From the IMG/VR virus record IMGVR_UViG_3300027541_000009, positions 220,051 to 284,050 of that record: a stretch of 64,000 nt of DNA, one strand, 5' to 3'. Below, piece after piece: positions 45,401-54,500 of this stretch (the first letter of the stretch is position 1; each line of letters begins with the position of its first letter). The translations under genes and the position numbers were made by a program. The notes below the pieces were generated by a model. The model was not told the DNA's origin and made no database searches. It saw only the letters and a list, made by a program, of their open reading frames with translations.

Positions 45401-47021
45401 CAAAGTCGGAGATATCTTAGGAATTTCTACAATTGGAGGGAATTCGATAGGAAGAAATGCAACATTCTCTATAGTATCAATAGCAAGTACTAATGAACTT
45501 ATTTTAGATAATGTTCAGGGTAATTTTGAAGTTGCTGGAGTAGGAAAAACTGTCAGTTATATTAATAGTGCAGGAATAACTAGTGCATTAAATTACTCAA
45601 ATGGTGGAAATGTTCAAATAAATGATATTAATGTTGAAACAGATGGTCTTCACTTCACTGTAAATCACAAAAATCATGGTATGTATTTTAAAAATAACTA
45701 TGTTAATATTTCAGGCGTTGAAAGTGATGTACCACCAACAAAATTATCAATACCATATCAAACTGGGGATAGTATTTTTATTGACGATCCATCTAATTTT
45801 ACAACTTTTGAAAATGTTGGTGTCGCATCAACAAATCCAGGATATGTATTGATAGATAATCAACTTTTAGAATACACTTCTGTTAGCAGTGGTGCTCTTC
45901 GTGGAATTACTTCTTTTGGATATATCGATCCAGTATATCAAAATGTATTGAATTCATATCCAGGTGGAAGCATAGAATATTTGGCAGGAACTCCAGTTTA
46001 CAAATATGAACTTAATGGAGTGTCTCTAAGAAGAATTAATACTGAGCATTATCTGGGCAATGCTTCAGTAAAAGATCCAATAACTTTTGATTCATATTCT
46101 ATTAAAATTAGATCGAATCAAGAAGGTACAGATAGAAGTAACGGTCAATCTTTCCCAGCACTTTATTTCAATAATACAAAAAATGCGGGAGGATTTAACA
46201 TAAAGGCATCACAAAATATTCCTTATGAATTAATTACTACAAGTATTCAGAATACAACTGTACAGGGAACTAGTTTGGATGCCGAAATAAGAACAATAAG
46301 TGGTTCTAGTATTAGTGGCAATGAAATTGCATATGTGGATCAAGGTTTTGAAACTATTCCGATTAATAAAACTCATTATTTTAATAGTCCAAGAATTATT
46401 GCTTCCAAAACTAACGAAACACAAAATATTGTTGACTTACCTGGCAAAAAATCATTGAATATTAGATTTAATTTGAGTACCTCCGATCCAAAGGTCTCTC
46501 CAGTTATTGATACCCAAAGAATGACAGCCGTTTTAACTTCAAACAGAGTTAATAAAGTTATCGGAAATTATGCAACTGATAATAGAGTAAATACTGTTGG
46601 TGTTGATCCATCTGCATTCCAATATCTATCAAAGGAAATTACATTAGAAAATCCTGCATCATCAATTAAAATTCTATTAGATGCTCACATCAATTCTTAT
46701 TGTGATATTCGTGCTTTCTATGCAATAAGTGAGACTTCTAATTTTACTCCAATATTTACACCATTCCCAGGATACAATAACATTGATGTTACAACAAAAC
46801 AAGTAATTAATCTTGAAGACAGTGATGGATTACCTGATGTTTTTGTCCAACCATCCTTAGCATTGGCATTTGAATCTGCAAATGTTGATTTTAGAGAATA
46901 TACATTCACTGCAGATCAACTACCTTCATTTAGATTCTATAGAATTAAGTTAGTAATGACATCAACGAGTCAAGTGTATCCACCGAGAGTTAAAAATCTA
47001 AGAGTTATTTCACTTGCATAA
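39450..47021 (+). CDS. VrlC-like (DUF4815-type) large structural protein
   Basis: NLNVAPYFDDFD..KDYYKVLFKPG.PVQARELT.LQ, APGADR-like SPGADR, RFKSGFFVDNF, WDPLAQSF. Confidence 0.8.
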   Translation: MSQETNLNVAPYFDDFDANKDYYKVLFKPGYPVQARELTTLQSTLQNQIEKFGQHFFKEGAKVIPGNISYNQSYYAVRLNNSFLGVPVEAYIDQLVGTKIIGETSGITATIDKVLPSTQSERGNTTLYVNYISSSLINNSTTEFLDGENLITTTTIQSGLLSNSTISEGSPFASTVSSGASSVGSSFSISEGVYFIRGHFITVNTETLILDQYTNTPSYRVGLYINEEIVTSDVDESLNDNSQGYNNYSSPGADRLKITVSLFKKSLNDYSDNNFVELASIENGILKTNRVTKEYSLIADELARRTYAESGDYYVTPFDLSVKESLNDNLGNGGIFNAGQFTYGGSIPSESLALYQISPGKAFVKGYEVETISTTFLDVPKPRDTKTLENIAVNYNTGSTLSLNRVYGSPIVGIGNTYIVSLRDSRIGTASTDAAGKEIGVARVYDFKLESGSYDSLNPNLNQWTISLYDVQTTTEITLNQPITLSTPNFITGANSGATAFLKDSVNNSRSIVLYQKNGDFIPNESLIIDGIEETRTAIAVTSYSISDVESIRGTVGTAKTFNANVIQSPYYNIGIATISTANVLGISTIISTNPNFPGKVVKPGNLVEFSNFSSPYPVYASVVSVGKTSISVTGVTTVFGTNEGKLPNSTLEVVDLKVLGAKLSRSSDDTLFTVLPRPNVASINLSETTLTIRKVYDVNIVSNQLSSTVAAGENETFLPFDEERYTLVREDGTFEVLTEDKFDFINGSKELQIYNLGTNSAATLVTTLRKIKPKSKNKLKNRVGVYIVDKSRNAASGTGTTTLNDGLIYGNYPYGTRVQDDVISLNVPDVLNVIAVYESKDTSDPTAPRATLSSINGPTTKTTDLIIGEQFVGQISGAIGLYTERLTDSEITFVPENETNFKEGEPIIFRESNIQAVITTIDSPSSNISSSYKFDNGQNGSFYGYGYISRNSSASEPVYKIKVYYSSGYHQESDIGDITTIESYSGFDYVKDIQTTNSIRNCDMIDIRPRVSNYTVSQNSRSPLEFYGRVFNAAGNSSANILASDEEIITSFSYYLGRIDRVYLRKDGTFQIQYGVPSEKPEKPITVDDSLEIATVTHSPYLFAVSQSTVQLLEHKRYRMVDIKQLENRIKNLEYYTALSMLETSTANLFVADSEGLDRFKSGFFVDNFSTLQSQESGFPYQNSIDIKNKELRPRHYTTAIDLVQGPVEGLNPSIDYSVEQPEGSNIIKNSDLITLNYSEVEYFKQPFATRTENVTPFVISFWQGTTELTPASDTWVDTVRLDAKTINVEGNYAQTMALAAEQFNVDPQTGYSPTVWSAWETTWTGKEVIETVQTSSKTTQNYGHYGYYWYGYPYGYYYGYWGYYGYWGYYGWHNRGWYSQTTTVTQDKYREVKETGVKSSTGTTTFVVEEFDRQSIGDKVVSRNLIQYMRSRNIQFVSKNLKPLTQLYAFFDGIDVTKYCVPKLLEINMISGVFQVGEDVVGTVIKTGISPTVIADSTASITFRVAQSNHKDGQYDAPSSVFPLNPYTSQPLPSTYSSTSTVLNVDTFSLSAQYQGQYSGYVESGMTLVGKTSGAQARITNVRLLTDVYTWIIGSFYLPNPNVSANPRFENGNKTFTLINNNLNNAATAATLAEEAFTSSGTLETVQENIISTRNGRIEQKQQTKQEAVSKTTGPQLVDTQVTSTTNYGYRCYWWDPLAQSFLVNESGGVFITKCDIFFKTKEDAETPVFVQIRTMQNGYPTREVLPFSEVFLSPDEVKTSNDGSVATTFTFKAPVYLTGPAEYALVVGSSSSKYNVFISRVGVGEVDILTQSAVSTQPTLGSLFKSQNASTWEASQWEDLKFSLYRAEFVPEGRVEFYNPELSIGNSQIPTLMPNSISMNSRKIRVSLSSSLTDANLVLGNTIVQGGTNASGNYVGSAGIATGQLEVINSGIGYTPSAGSLTFNDVSLVTITGSGRNAKADVTISSGVAVAATISQSGNGYKVGDILGISTIGGNSIGRNATFSIVSIASTNELILDNVQGNFEVAGVGKTVSYINSAGITSALNYSNGGNVQINDINVETDGLHFTVNHKNHGMYFKNNYVNISGVESDVPPTKLSIPYQTGDSIFIDDPSNFTTFENVGVASTNPGYVLIDNQLLEYTSVSSGALRGITSFGYIDPVYQNVLNSYPGGSIEYLAGTPVYKYELNGVSLRRINTEHYLGNASVKDPITFDSYSIKIRSNQEGTDRSNGQSFPALYFNNTKNAGGFNIKASQNIPYELITTSIQNTTVQGTSLDAEIRTISGSSISGNEIAYVDQGFETIPINKTHYFNSPRIIASKTNETQNIVDLPGKKSLNIRFNLSTSDPKVSPVIDTQRMTAVLTSNRVNKVIGNYATDNRVNTVGVDPSAFQYLSKEITLENPASSIKILLDAHINSYCDIRAFYAISETSNFTPIFTPFPGYNNIDVTTKQVINLEDSDGLPDVFVQPSLALAFESANVDFREYTFTADQLPSFRFYRIKLVMTSTSQVYPPRVKNLRVISLA

Positions 47022-47029
47022 AAAAAATT

Positions 47030-47257
47030 ATGAATTACTTAAAAGTAGAAGGTCAAAACGACCTTTTTAGGGACCCAAAAACAAATTCGATTATTAATGC
47101 TAATATGTCAGAATATCAACAGTATCTGTCTAGACGTAATGTAAAAAATGAAGAACAGAAAAAAATTAACAGTTTGGAGCATGAAGTATCGAGTATAAAA
47201 AATGATTTAGATGAAATTAAAATGCTACTTAGAGGTTTGATAAATGAATCCAGATAA
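47030..47257 (+). CDS. small coiled-coil protein
   Basis: KVEG..DL.RD..T..IIN; C-terminal heptads. Confidence 0.7.
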   Translation: MNYLKVEGQNDLFRDPKTNSIINANMSEYQQYLSRRNVKNEEQKKINSLEHEVSSIKNDLDEIKMLLRGLINESR

Positions 47258-47423
47258 TATAGAACTTGAAAATCTTAGTAAAAGCTTTGAATATTTTAAA
47301 GTTTGCTCAGAAATAGATAATATATCTAATATAGAAGATGCAAAAAACATTGCAAAATGCTATTTTAAATTATACTTAAAGCAGCAAGAAGTTGTATCTC
47401 AACTTTTAACAACCAAATCATAA
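47244..47423 (+). CDS. small hypothetical protein (59 aa)
   Basis: MNPDNIELENLSKSFEY.K. Confidence 0.6.
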   Translation: MNPDNIELENLSKSFEYFKVCSEIDNISNIEDAKNIAKCYFKLYLKQQEVVSQLLTTKS

Positions 47424-47444
47424 ATATTTTAAAAGAGAAGATAA

Positions 47445-48290
47445 ATGGCGCAACCATCTACTAGACAAGAACTAATAGATTATTGTAAAAGAAAACTGGG
47501 TGCGCCAGTTTTGGAAATAAATGTTGCAGATGAACAAATTGAAGATTTAGTTGATGATGCCATCCAGTTTTTTCAAGAAAGACATTTTGATGGAGTCTAT
47601 CCAACATTTTATAAGTATAAAGTAACTCAGAACGACATTGATAGAGGAAGAGCTAAAGGTCTTTCCGGAAATGTGGGCATAACGACTATTAGCGCCACGA
47701 CAAATATTGCTGGCACAACAACTACTTTTAATTATTATGAAAATAGCAATTATCTCCAAGTTCCCCCTAATATTATTGGTGTAAATAAAATCTTTACTTT
47801 TGATGGGGCAAATACAATTACCCACAGTATGTTCAGCGTAAAATATCAATTATTCTTAAATGATGTTTACTACTGGGGGACCACTGAACTACTTTCTTAT
47901 GCTATGGTCAAAACTTATTTGGAAGATTTGGATTTTCTTTTGAATACACAGAAACAAATTCGTTTTAATAAAAGGCAAGATAGATTATATTTGGATATTG
48001 ATTGGGGTTCAGTAAGTGAGGGGCAGTATTTTGTAATTGATTGCTATTCAACTCTCGATCCAAATGATTATTCTAGAGTTTGGAATGACTCTTTCCTTAA
48101 ACCATATCTAACCTCCTTGATTAAAAAACAATGGGGTCAGAATATGATGAAATTCACTGGAGTTAAACTTCCCGGTGGTGTTGAGTTGAATGGCAGACAA
48201 ATGTATGATGATGCTCAAAGAGAAATAGATATTTTAATGGAAAAAATGTCAAATACATATGAGTTGCCACCTTTAGATATGATAGGTTAA
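47445..48290 (+). CDS. gp13: neck protein gp13
   Basis: LIDYCKR.LGAPVLEINV, K.QWGQN..KF.G..LPGGV.LNG. Confidence 0.92.
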   Translation: MAQPSTRQELIDYCKRKLGAPVLEINVADEQIEDLVDDAIQFFQERHFDGVYPTFYKYKVTQNDIDRGRAKGLSGNVGITTISATTNIAGTTTTFNYYENSNYLQVPPNIIGVNKIFTFDGANTITHSMFSVKYQLFLNDVYYWGTTELLSYAMVKTYLEDLDFLLNTQKQIRFNKRQDRLYLDIDWGSVSEGQYFVIDCYSTLDPNDYSRVWNDSFLKPYLTSLIKKQWGQNMMKFTGVKLPGGVELNGRQMYDDAQREIDILMEKMSNTYELPPLDMIG

Positions 48291-48294
48291 TCTC

Positions 48295-49704
48295 ATGCTT
48301 AATCCATTTTTTCTTCAAGGATCAAAATCTGAGCAGGGTCTTATACAAGATTTAATAAATGAACAACTTAGAATGTATGGAGTTGAAGTTTATTATATAC
48401 CTAGAAAGTATGTGACAGAAAGAACAATAATAAAAGAAGTAATAGAGTCTCTTTTCAATCAGGCTTTTCCTATAGAAGCTTATATTGAAAATTATGATGG
48501 ATATGGCAATAATCCAACTATACTTTCAAAATTTGGTATACAGGCACTAAATGAATTAACAATTACAATTTCAAAAGAAAGATATGAAAATTACATATAT
48601 CCACTAATAAAATCCAGACCCGGAATTAAATTAGCATCAAGACCGAAAGAAGGTGATTTAATTTATTTACCTTTGGGAGATAGATTATTTGAAATTAAAT
48701 ATGTTGAGCATGAAAAACCATTTTATCAATTACAAAAAAACTATACTTATGAATTAAGGTGCGAAATCTTTAGATATGAAGATGAAGTCATTGATACAGG
48801 TATTGCGGAAATAGATGATAATATAAGTGGTACTGGTATTGATGGAGAAAATGCTTCAATTGGTTCTATTCAAAAGCTTACCATGGTTGGGTCTGCAGTA
48901 ACTGCTACAGCAACAGCACATATAGTAAATGGTGGTATAAGATACATAACTGTAACAAATAGAGGTGGTGGGTATCTAACAGCGCCAAAAGTTGGAATAT
49001 CTTCAGCACCAATTGGAGGAAAAACTGGTATAGCAACAGCTATTATGATTGGCGGTATTGTTGTTTGCAATGACAATACAAATCCAAATTCAAAATCAGT
49101 TCAAAGTGTACAATTAATAAATTCTGGATTTGGATATACACAGTCTCCGGGAGTAAGATTTATTAGTGAAGAAGGTGGTGGTGCTACAGCAACAGCTACA
49201 ATTGGAAATGGTGTTGTTGGTATTATAACTCTAACTAATGGGGGATCTGGTTATACATCACCGCCGACTATTTCTTTCAGTGGAATTTCTTCAGTTTCTG
49301 CAGCCGCAACTGCTGTCGTAAGTTCTGCGGGAACAATCACATCGATAAGAATTACAAACGCCGGATTGGGATATACCGTTTCCCCAACCATAATAATTGG
49401 AGCAGCGTCAACATCCTCTTATGGAAACTATATCTTTAACGAAGTAGTTGTTGGATCTGATAGTGGCACAAAAGGAAGAGTAAAATCTTGGAATTCTGTT
49501 ACTAATGTTTTAGAATTATCAAATATTAACGGAGAATTTGTTGCGGGAGAAATGGTGACAGGAGAAGATTCTGGATCTTATCACGAATTGCGTTTTATTG
49601 ATCAGTATCCAATTGATGATGGATATGCACAAAATTCTGAAATTGAATTGGAATCTGATTTAATAATTGACTTTAGTGAGAGAAACCCATTTGGAATGCC
49701 ATAA
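48295..49704 (+). CDS. gp14: neck protein gp14
   Basis: EQ.L..DLI.E...MYG..VYY.PR, SKFG, RPKEGDLIY.P, DFSE.NPFG. Confidence 0.9.
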   Translation: MLNPFFLQGSKSEQGLIQDLINEQLRMYGVEVYYIPRKYVTERTIIKEVIESLFNQAFPIEAYIENYDGYGNNPTILSKFGIQALNELTITISKERYENYIYPLIKSRPGIKLASRPKEGDLIYLPLGDRLFEIKYVEHEKPFYQLQKNYTYELRCEIFRYEDEVIDTGIAEIDDNISGTGIDGENASIGSIQKLTMVGSAVTATATAHIVNGGIRYITVTNRGGGYLTAPKVGISSAPIGGKTGIATAIMIGGIVVCNDNTNPNSKSVQSVQLINSGFGYTQSPGVRFISEEGGGATATATIGNGVVGIITLTNGGSGYTSPPTISFSGISSVSAAATAVVSSAGTITSIRITNAGLGYTVSPTIIIGAASTSSYGNYIFNEVVVGSDSGTKGRVKSWNSVTNVLELSNINGEFVAGEMVTGEDSGSYHELRFIDQYPIDDGYAQNSEIELESDLIIDFSERNPFGMP

Positions 49705-49747
49705 ATATTAGTTATTAGTAATAATTATTTTATAATAGGTTTCTATC

Positions 49748-50749
49748 ATGTTTGAGTATTTCTATAACGAAATTTTAAGAAGAACTGTCATATCATTTGG
49801 TTCATTGTTTAATGATATAAAGATTAAGCATAAAAACACCGAAGATGATGTTGTAAGTATTATTAAGGTTCCTCTGGCATATGGACCTACTCAAAAATTT
49901 CTTGCCCGATTAGAGCAATCTGCAAATTTAAATAAACCAGTTCAAATTACACTCCCAAGGATGTCTTTTGAATTTACTGGGTTGACATATGATCCAACAA
50001 GAAAATCAACAACTACTCAAACATTTACAGCAAAAGATGTAAATGATACTAAGGAAACAAAAAAAGCATATTTACCTGTTCCATATAATATGCAATTTGA
50101 ATTAAGCATCATGTCAAAATTAAATGATGATGCATTGCAAATTATTGAACAAATTCTTCCATATTTCCAACCAGCTTACACAATGACAGTGGAGTTAGTT
50201 GATAGTATTAATGAAAAAAGAGATATTCCTGTGGTATTAGAAAATATTACGATGCAGGATGACTATGAAGGAGATTTTACTACAAGAAGAGTTTTAATTT
50301 ATACATTAAGATTTACTGCAAAGGTTTATCTATTTGGTCCTATTTCTTCTGCAACGAAGGACATTATCAAGAAAACTACTATCAGTTATATTACAGGAGA
50401 TACTACAAATTCTCCAACAAGAGAAGTTGTATATTCCGCTCAACCAAGAGCAATCAAAAATTACACTGGCACTGTTTTAACCAACTTAGCAAAGGATGTT
50501 AATACTGAAGATACCCTAATTACCGTAAATAATGCAGCATCAATTGTCAAGAATTCTTATTTGGATATTGAGGGGGAAGAAGTTTATGTAAAACTTGTTT
50601 CTGGCAATGTTTTAACTGTAGAAAGAGGTAGAGATGAAACTCAGATTACATCTCATCTTTCCGGTGCTGAAGTTAAATCAATTACTCAGCAAGATAATCT
50701 CTTGATTGAAGATGGTGATGATTTTGGATTTAGTGGAAGTGCTTTTTAA
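49748..50749 (+). CDS. gp15: tail sheath stabiliser/terminator gp15
   Basis: FG.LFN.I, VPLAYGP.QKFLAR, LPRMSFE, QI.EQILPYFQP. Confidence 0.92.
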   Translation: MFEYFYNEILRRTVISFGSLFNDIKIKHKNTEDDVVSIIKVPLAYGPTQKFLARLEQSANLNKPVQITLPRMSFEFTGLTYDPTRKSTTTQTFTAKDVNDTKETKKAYLPVPYNMQFELSIMSKLNDDALQIIEQILPYFQPAYTMTVELVDSINEKRDIPVVLENITMQDDYEGDFTTRRVLIYTLRFTAKVYLFGPISSATKDIIKKTTISYITGDTTNSPTREVVYSAQPRAIKNYTGTVLTNLAKDVNTEDTLITVNNAASIVKNSYLDIEGEEVYVKLVSGNVLTVERGRDETQITSHLSGAEVKSITQQDNLLIEDGDDFGFSGSAF

Positions 50750-50752
50750 ACT

Positions 50753-51190
50753 ATGGATAAAAAATTTAATTCTCTGAATGATGCTTTCAATTTAGAAAAT
50801 AGTGGAAGTTTAGATATAGTTCCTACAGAAGTTGATTCTGTTGTAGAAAAAGTTGAAAAAATTTCTTCGGATTTTGATGATATAAAAAAAGATTACAATT
50901 ACACAAGAGGAAATTTATATTCCTTAATAGAAAAGGGACAAGAGGCAATAAATGGAATTTTAGAACTTGCTCAAGAAAGTGAAATGCCAAGGGCTTATGA
51001 AGTTGCTGGTCAATTGATAAAAAGTGTTGCAGATGCAACTGACAAACTTATGGATTTGCAGAAGAAATTGAAAGATATTGAGGAACAAAAGCAATCTAAA
51101 AGCCCAACAACCGTCAATAATGCACTTTTTGTTGGTTCTACAGCTGATTTAGCTAAGTTATTGAAAAGTCAACTGAATCAAGAAGAATAA
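50753..51190 (+). CDS. gp16: terminase small subunit gp16
   Basis: DY..TR.NL..LI.KGQ.AI, PRAYEV..QLIK, NNALFVGST.DL. Confidence 0.9.
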   Translation: MDKKFNSLNDAFNLENSGSLDIVPTEVDSVVEKVEKISSDFDDIKKDYNYTRGNLYSLIEKGQEAINGILELAQESEMPRAYEVAGQLIKSVADATDKLMDLQKKLKDIEEQKQSKSPTTVNNALFVGSTADLAKLLKSQLNQEE

Positions 51191-51214
51191 ATAAATAAAA
51201 TACTAAAATTATAA

Positions 51215-51550
51215 ATGGCGGTTCCAGCAGTCAATATAACAATTGAAAGAGGGACAGATTTTGAAAGTGTCTTCACTGTAACAAATCCAGATGGATCAGC
51301 ACTTAATTTAAATAATTTTTCTTCAGTCTCTAAAATAAAGAAGTTTCCATCTTCAGGAACTTCAACGCCCTTTTCTGTTGGAATTGTTACTTCAAGGGGA
51401 CAGGTAATTCTTTCTATGGGAAGTACAGTATCTTCAACTTTAGAAGATGGAAGACATTATTATGATGTTGTCATTATTAACAATTCCACCGGAAAGAAAA
51501 AGAAAATCATTGAAGGTATGGCAATTGTGACACCCTCTGCGTCAGTTTAA
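51215..51550 (+). CDS. small beta-rich structural protein (BppU N-terminal-like)
   Basis: NITIERGTDF...F.VTN.DG..LNL, G.HYYDV. Confidence 0.55.
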   Translation: MAVPAVNITIERGTDFESVFTVTNPDGSALNLNNFSSVSKIKKFPSSGTSTPFSVGIVTSRGQVILSMGSTVSSTLEDGRHYYDVVIINNSTGKKKKIIEGMAIVTPSASV

Positions 51551-51560
51551 GGAGATATAA

Positions 51561-54500
51561 ATGACAGATTATAATGTCACTTTAGGATATACTTCAGACT
51601 TCGTTGTAACGCAGGAAGGTTACGCAGCCCAAGGAGCCCAAGGAACTCAAGGTTCTCAGGGGATTCAGGGACTTGATGGTTCTCAAGGTTCTCAAGGATT
51701 ATCTGGAGAATTTGCTGGACAAGGTGTACAAGGAACTGAGGGTTCTCAGGGTCTACAAGGCACTGATGGAGCTCAGGGAGTACAGGGGTCTGATGGGGCA
51801 CAGGGTGTACAAGGTGCTAATGGAACGCAAGGTTTACAAGGAACACAAGGTAGATCTGGACCACAAGGATTTGATGGAGCGCAGGGTCTACAAGGCGTCC
51901 AGGGTATTCAGGGAATTCAGGGTAATATAGGAACACAAGGTTCTATAGGTGTTCAAGGTCAAAGAGGTACTCAAGGAAATAATGGGTCTCAGGGATCTCA
52001 GGGATTACAGGGTCTCCAAGGTATTCAAGGTGATTATGGTTTTCAAGGAACTCAAGGTTTACAAGGTTCTCAAGGAAATTTAGGTTCTCAAGGTTTAAGG
52101 GGACCACTTGGTGACCAAGGAATTCAAGGTGTTCAAGGTTTACAGGGTCTTCAAGGTTTACAGGGTCTTCAGGGTCTTCAGGGTCTTCAGGGTTTATTAG
52201 GTTCTCAGGGTATTCAAGGGTTACGAGGTCAGCAAGGATCCCAAGGAACTCAAGGAGAACAAGGTATTCAAGGTTTACAGGGTCTTCAAGGTTCTCAGGG
52301 TCTTCAGGGTTTATTAGGTTCTCAGGGTTTCCAAGGTTCTCAAGGAAGAACTGGAACTCAAGGTAGTTTGGGTGTTCAAGGTAATCTCGGATCTCAAGGT
52401 ATTCAGGGAGATATAGGTTTTCAAGGTTTACAAGGTATTCAGGGTTCTGGTTCTCAGGGAATTTCGGGAACTCAAGGTCTTCAAGGACTATCTGGAGAAT
52501 TTGCTGGTCAAGGAGCTCAAGGTTCTTTAGGTTATCAGGGTTCGCAGGGTATTCAGGGTGGATTGAGTGCTCAAGGTTCTCAAGGATTATTAGGAACACA
52601 AGGACTTCAAGGTTCGCAGGGTATTCAGGGTGGATTAAGTACTCAAGGTTCTCAAGGTTCAATAGGAACACAAGGATCTCAGGGATTAATTGGTGTTCAA
52701 GGAAGATTGGGAAGTAAAGGAGATCTTGGTTCCCAAGGTTCCCAAGGTTCTCAGGGTTCTCAAGGTATTCAGGGAGACGAAGGACCTCAAGGTTCTCAAG
52801 GAATTAGAGGATTTGGACCCCAAGGTGTTCAAGGTGTTCAAGGTAATACTGGATTTGGATTGCAAGGAATTCAGGGATCTTTTGGCGATAGAGGTCCTCA
52901 AGGTCTTCAGGGAATTTTTGGTCCTCAAGGAATACAAGGTCTGCAAGGAACTAGTGGTTCTCAAGGTAGTCAAGGTCTCCAAGGATTATCTGGAGAATTT
53001 GCTGGACAAGGTGTTCAGGGGGCAGATGGTCCTCAAGGTATTCAAGGTATTCAAGGTATTCAAGGTATTCAAGGAGAAAATGGTCCTCAAGGTCCTCAAG
53101 GTCCTCAAGGTAGGTTTGGTGGAGTTGGTCCTCAAGGTTTCCAAGGAGCCCAAGGTATTCAGGGTGGTTTAAGTGCTCAAGGTTCTCAGGGATCTCAGGG
53201 AGATGTGGGTCTTCAAGGTCTTCAGGGACTATCCGGAGAATTTGCTGGGCAAGGAACTCAAGGTGCAATAGGAATTCAAGGATACGATGGTTCGCAAGGT
53301 TCTCAAGGTATTCAAGGATTACCTGGAGAATTTGCTGGACAAGGTGTTCAAGGGTCTCAGGGTGTTCAAGGAACTCAAGGTCTTCAAGGTCTTCAAGGTC
53401 TTCAGGGATTATCTGGACAATTTGCTGGACAGGGTGTACAGGGAAGTGTTGGTTCTCAAGGATTTCAAGGTGTTCAAGGTAATATAGGAGATCCTGGAAA
53501 TGAAGGTCCACCGGGACCTGCAGGATCACAAGGAGTTCAGGGATCTATTGGTGAACAGGGCGAACAAGGTGAGCAAGGAGCTCAGGGTATCTCCGGAGAA
53601 TTTGTTGCCCAAGGTGCCCAAGGTGCTCAAGGTTTAGGTGGAATTCAAGGTCTACAGGGTCTACAGGGTCTCCAAGGTCTCCAAGGATTATCCGGAGAAT
53701 TTGCTGGACAAGGAACTCAAGGAACACAAGGTCTCCGAGGTGAACAAGGAGTTCAGGGCATTCAGGGTGTTCAAGGTATTCAAGGATTAGATGGAACTCA
53801 AGGTGCCCAAGGTTCACAAGGTCTCCAAGGTCCCCAAGGTCTTCAAGGTCTTCAAGGAATATCTGGAGAATTTGCTGGACAAGGAACTCAGGGAACACAA
53901 GGTAGAGTGGGAACTGGAGTTCAAGGTTCTTCTGGAAACCAAGGAATTCAGGGTCTTCAAGGTTCTCAAGGTTTTGAAGGTTCTCAAGGAGCTAGAGGTG
54001 AAAGAGGTCTTCAGGGTCTTCAAGGAATATCTGGAGAATTTGTTGGACAGGGGGCTCAAGGTTCTTCTGGATTATCGGGTTCTCAGGGTGCTCAAGGAAT
54101 TCTTGGATCTACAGGTGTTCAGGGTTCTCAAGGTATCCCCGGAGAATTTGCTGGCCAAGGAGCCCAGGGGTCTGCTGGGTTTAGTGGTTCTCAGGGTTCT
54201 CAAGGTATCCCCGGAGAATTTGCGGGGCAAGGTACTCAAGGTTCTCAGGGGTTAATAGGTATTCAGGGTGAAATTGGAGCACAAGGAATTCAAGGTTTTG
54301 AGGGGCAAGGAATTCAAGGATCTGTCGGTGATATCGGTTCTATTGGACCTATAGGACCACAAGGAATTTCCGGACAATTTGCTGGACAAGGTGTACAGGG
54401 AAGTATTGGATCTCAAGGTATTATTGGATTTGGCATTCAAGGATCTCAAGGATTACCCGGAGAATTTGCTGGTCAAGGTGTCCAAGGTACTCAAGGCGTT